DNA of 64,000 nucleotides, from the NCBI RefSeq assembly GCF_009914755.1, contig NC_060934.1, one strand, 5' to 3'. Under the pieces are notes generated by a model, which had not been told where the DNA came from, did no database searches, and saw only the letters and a program-made list of their open reading frames with translations. Source of the stretch: the human T2T-CHM13v2.0 reference genome, Homo sapiens. Every line of letters starts with the position of its first letter. Position 1 is the stretch's first letter. Shown one piece after another: positions 60,941-64,000 of the stretch. Both the position numbers and the translations under genes were made by a program.

Positions 60941-61733
60941 ATGAACAGAGATTCTAGATAGAGAATCAAACCAGTTAGAGCAATGAGCTTAGAGATACAA
61001 TCTTCATTTTTGTTTTGTTTTGCTTTAATAACAGAATCACGAAGATTTTAAATATTACTTTTAAAAAGCTTGGCTGCATCATAGTTAAATAGTGTTTAGA
61101 AAAAGTTCCACCTACCTGTTTTAATAAAGCTGTTTTTTGGATTTGTTTGTTGGTTTTTTTTTTTTAAGATAAAACTACTACATCAAAAGCCATCTCTAGT
61201 GCAAAAAATTAACAAACCAAAATTTTTTAGTTTAGAATAAAAGTTTCAAGAGTTAACTTTTGGAAAGCCAAAGTTATCCCCTAAAAAATACTAACATGAT
61301 TTTTATTTTTGCTGTATAAAGTTTGCTGATAGTGAAAAGAAAATCCATTCTTTAGTTAAAGATCTTTTAACTCATTCCTAAAATTCTAGAACAATTCATG
61401 ATCTTATAAAGATAACGGAACATAAGAAAAATTATGTGCTATTAAAAATAACTATCCTGGAGAGGAAAAAGGCTTTCGGTTCAAAAATGGTGATGTAGAA
61501 GCAAGGTGGCTTCACTTCCCACGGCAGAAAACAAAAAACAAATGTACAGCACCGAGATTATCATCAGCAATATCCCAGAACTCAGATGGAAAGACGAGAC
61601 AGTTCCCAAGGCCACAGAGAAGTGAAACAACTCTGAGCAGATGGTGAGGAAATCAGACTTCCACAGCCACAAAGCCCATCCCTCCATTTTGTCTGACATC
61701 CAGCGCATAGAAAATTTTTCCTGTTTCAGAATA

Positions 61734-61900
61734 GGGATAGCATTAGGAGGAACATCTAATGTAAATGACGAGTTAATGGGTGCAGCACACCAACATGGCA
61801 CATGTATACATATGTAACAAGCCTGCATGTTGTGCACATGTACCCTAGAACTTAAAGTATAATAATAAAAAATAATAATTAATAAATAAGTAAATAAAAA
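61734..61900 (+). mobile_element. Very short 5'-truncated L1PA4/5-type 3' end with A-rich tail
   Basis: gggatagcattagg...taatgtaaatgacgagttaatgggtgcagcacaccaacatggc...ccctagaacttaaagtataataat. Confidence 0.9.
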
Positions 61901-61908
61901 TTTTCTCC

Positions 61909-62225
61909 AGGGTGCACGGGCTCACGTCTGTAATCCCAACATGTTGGGAGGCCTAGGCAGGCGGATCGCTTGAGGCCAGGAGTTCCAGACCAGTCTGGCC
62001 AACATGGTGAAACCTCATCTCTACTAAAAATATAAAAATTAAGCTGTGTGTGGTGGTGCACGCCTGTAATCCCAGCTACGCAGGAGGCTGAAGGAGGAGA
62101 ATTGCTAGAACCCGGGAGGCGGAGGCTGCAGGGAGCCGAGATCGCGCCACTGCACTGAAGCCTGCGCAACAGGGCCAGACACTGTCAAAAAAAAAAAAAA
62201 AAAAAGGAAAAGAAAAGAAAGAAAG
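61909..62225 (+). mobile_element. Alu (AluS-type)
   Basis: Alu body with A/GAAAA tail. Confidence 0.93.
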
Positions 62226-62697
62226 GAAAATTTCCTGCCAACTCATGGTTTCTACACTGCAAAAAGTGAGCTCAAGTGGACAACCAGCTTCCCCATCAAC
62301 TCGGTTTCCCTGGCAGGAGGCCCGTCCCTGCCTTAACGCACAGGAAGCATTGCAATTGCCTGAAGGAAGAAATATCCCTGAGGACAGACAGTAAAAGGTG
62401 GAGATGGGAATGCTATGCCCGGCCCTGAAAACTATGCTCTGTAATTTAGCTGAAGGAGGCGCCAAATTAGAGTGGCCATTCAACAGCACCATGCCGTAGG
62501 AGGTACGTTCCACAGGTCCCCAGGGCACAAACCCCTGGCCGGCATTCCTACACTGCCGGGATATCCCTCTCTGATACCTCCCCGATTCTGGACCGTCATT
62601 GTTCCCATCATTTACTAGAGCTGAGGTGAACCTGGGCTTAAGGTGCCACCTAGAGCTGCAAAGGCGGCAGTGACCTAGTGGTAAAGAATCTCTACTC

Positions 62698-63040
62698 AGC
62701 CAGATGCAGCGGCTCATGCCTGTAATCCTAGCGCTTTGAGAGGCTGAGGCAGGATTATCGCTTGAACCTGAGTGTGAGACGAGCCTGAGCAGAAACCCAA
62801 CTCTAGGAAAAATGTCTAAAAATTACTCAGGCATGGTGGTGTATGCCTGTAAGTCTCAGTTACTCGGGGGAATGAGACAGGAGCATTGCTTGAGCCTAGA
62901 AGTTCAAGTCTGCAGTGAACTATGATCACCACTGCACCCTAGCCTGGGTGATAGAGCAAGGCCCTGCCTCGAAGAGAAAAAGAAAGAGAAGGAGAAGGAA
63001 GAAGGAGAAGGAAGAAGAAAGAAGAAGAAAAGAAAAAGAA
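62698..63040 (+). mobile_element. Alu (AluJ-type) with GAA-rich tail
   Basis: TSD AAAGAATCTCTA (62683-62694, 63041-63052). Confidence 0.9.
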
Positions 63041-64000
63041 AAAGAATCTCTAAGCAGGTGTACCCAATAAAAACCAAAACAAGTCAAACAGAGAAGATTG
63101 GAATAAATAATTAATCCTTTGATGCAAAAACATGGACGTACACCCACAAGAAATAGGGAACCATGATCTCTGCAAATGAACAAAGAAAGGAACTAGTGAC
63201 TGCCCCTAGCAAGACAGCAATCTGTGAACTCTCTGACCAGGAATTCAAAATGACAGTTTTAAGGAGACTTGGCCAAGTCTAAAATAACACAGAAATCAAT
63301 TCAGAAATTTATCAGAGAAATTTAACAAAGAGATTGAAATAATTTTAAAAATCAAACAGAAATCTTGGAACTGAGACATACATTTGCTGAATTGAAAAAT
63401 CCATTAGAGATTCTCAACCCCAGAATGGATCAAGCAGAGAAAAGAATCAGTAAGCTCAGAGACCAGCTATTTGAAAATACATAGTCAAAGGAGAAAAAAA
63501 GAATAAAAGGGAAAGAAGGCCACTTACAAGATAGAGAAAATTACCTCAAAAGACCAAATCTAAGAAGTATTGGTGTTCAAGAGGGAGTTGAGCAAGAGCA
63601 AGGGGTAAAAAGCTTATTCAAGAAATAGAAAACTTCCCAAAACTTAAAAAGAAAAAAAATATCCGGATACAGGAAGGTCAGAGAAAACCAAACACATTCA
63701 TCCCAAATAATACTACCCCAAGGTATATAATAACCAAACTCTGAAAGGTCAAGGATAAAAGAGGGGATCCTAAAAGCAGCAAAAGAGAAGAAGCAAATAA
63801 CATATAAATGAGCTCCAATTCATCAGGCGACAGACTTCTCAACAAAAACAATGCAGGCCAGGAGAGAGTGCAATGACATTTTCAAAGTCCTGAAAGAACA
63901 AAACTGCCATTCAGTAATACTGTATCCCCAAAGGTATACTTCAAATATGAAGGAGAGAGGATGAATATTTAAGGTAATGGTTGTCCCAAGTACATTGATT

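Larger units (their letters stand above)
61470..63960 (+). mobile_element. Old L1M 5'UTR and ORF1 remnant, interrupted by a short L1PA and two Alus
   Basis: ttcaaaaatgg start; ORF1-like gaattcaaaatgacagttttaagg...atcctaaaagcagc...cagacttctcaac. Confidence 0.75.

Noticed and set aside
62076-62717. 213-aa minus-strand ORF
   Set aside because: It runs antisense through an L1M 5'UTR and Alu sequence, including the Alu tail; no recognisable domain.

Overview
This is primate (human-like) genomic DNA, either intergenic or deep-intronic. I cannot name the locus and see no recognisable protein-coding exon, RNA gene or CpG island. Most of the window is interspersed repeats, recognised by eye from family consensus sequences, so subfamily names are approximate. 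These include about 16 Alu/FLAM copies, MIR and L2 relics, MaLR LTRs (THE1/MST/MLT1), a MER51-like LTR, a Gypsy-type LTR, hAT and mariner MITEs, and several L1s. The long ORFs in the track are L1 fragments, Alu read-through or chance ORFs. Four structures stand out. (i) A full-length old L1PA (48822-58460, 18-bp TSD) contains a 3'-truncated, tail-less, TSD-less L1PA4/5-type segment (49190-52644). Its missing 3' end matches a separate short L1 insertion 12.5 kb away (61734-61900), with a 13-nt overlap, suggesting one retrotransposition event split between two sites. (ii) There are several templated-insertion or fold-back repair scars. (iii) Three LTRs are nested inside one another at 45.9-47.4 kb. 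(iv) Repeat-free islands (14.8-16.4, 24.5-31.1 and 58.5-60 kb) carry enhancer-type motifs and candidate exons, including a 24-nt microexon with strong splice signals. All functional readings are inference and need alignment or expression data.
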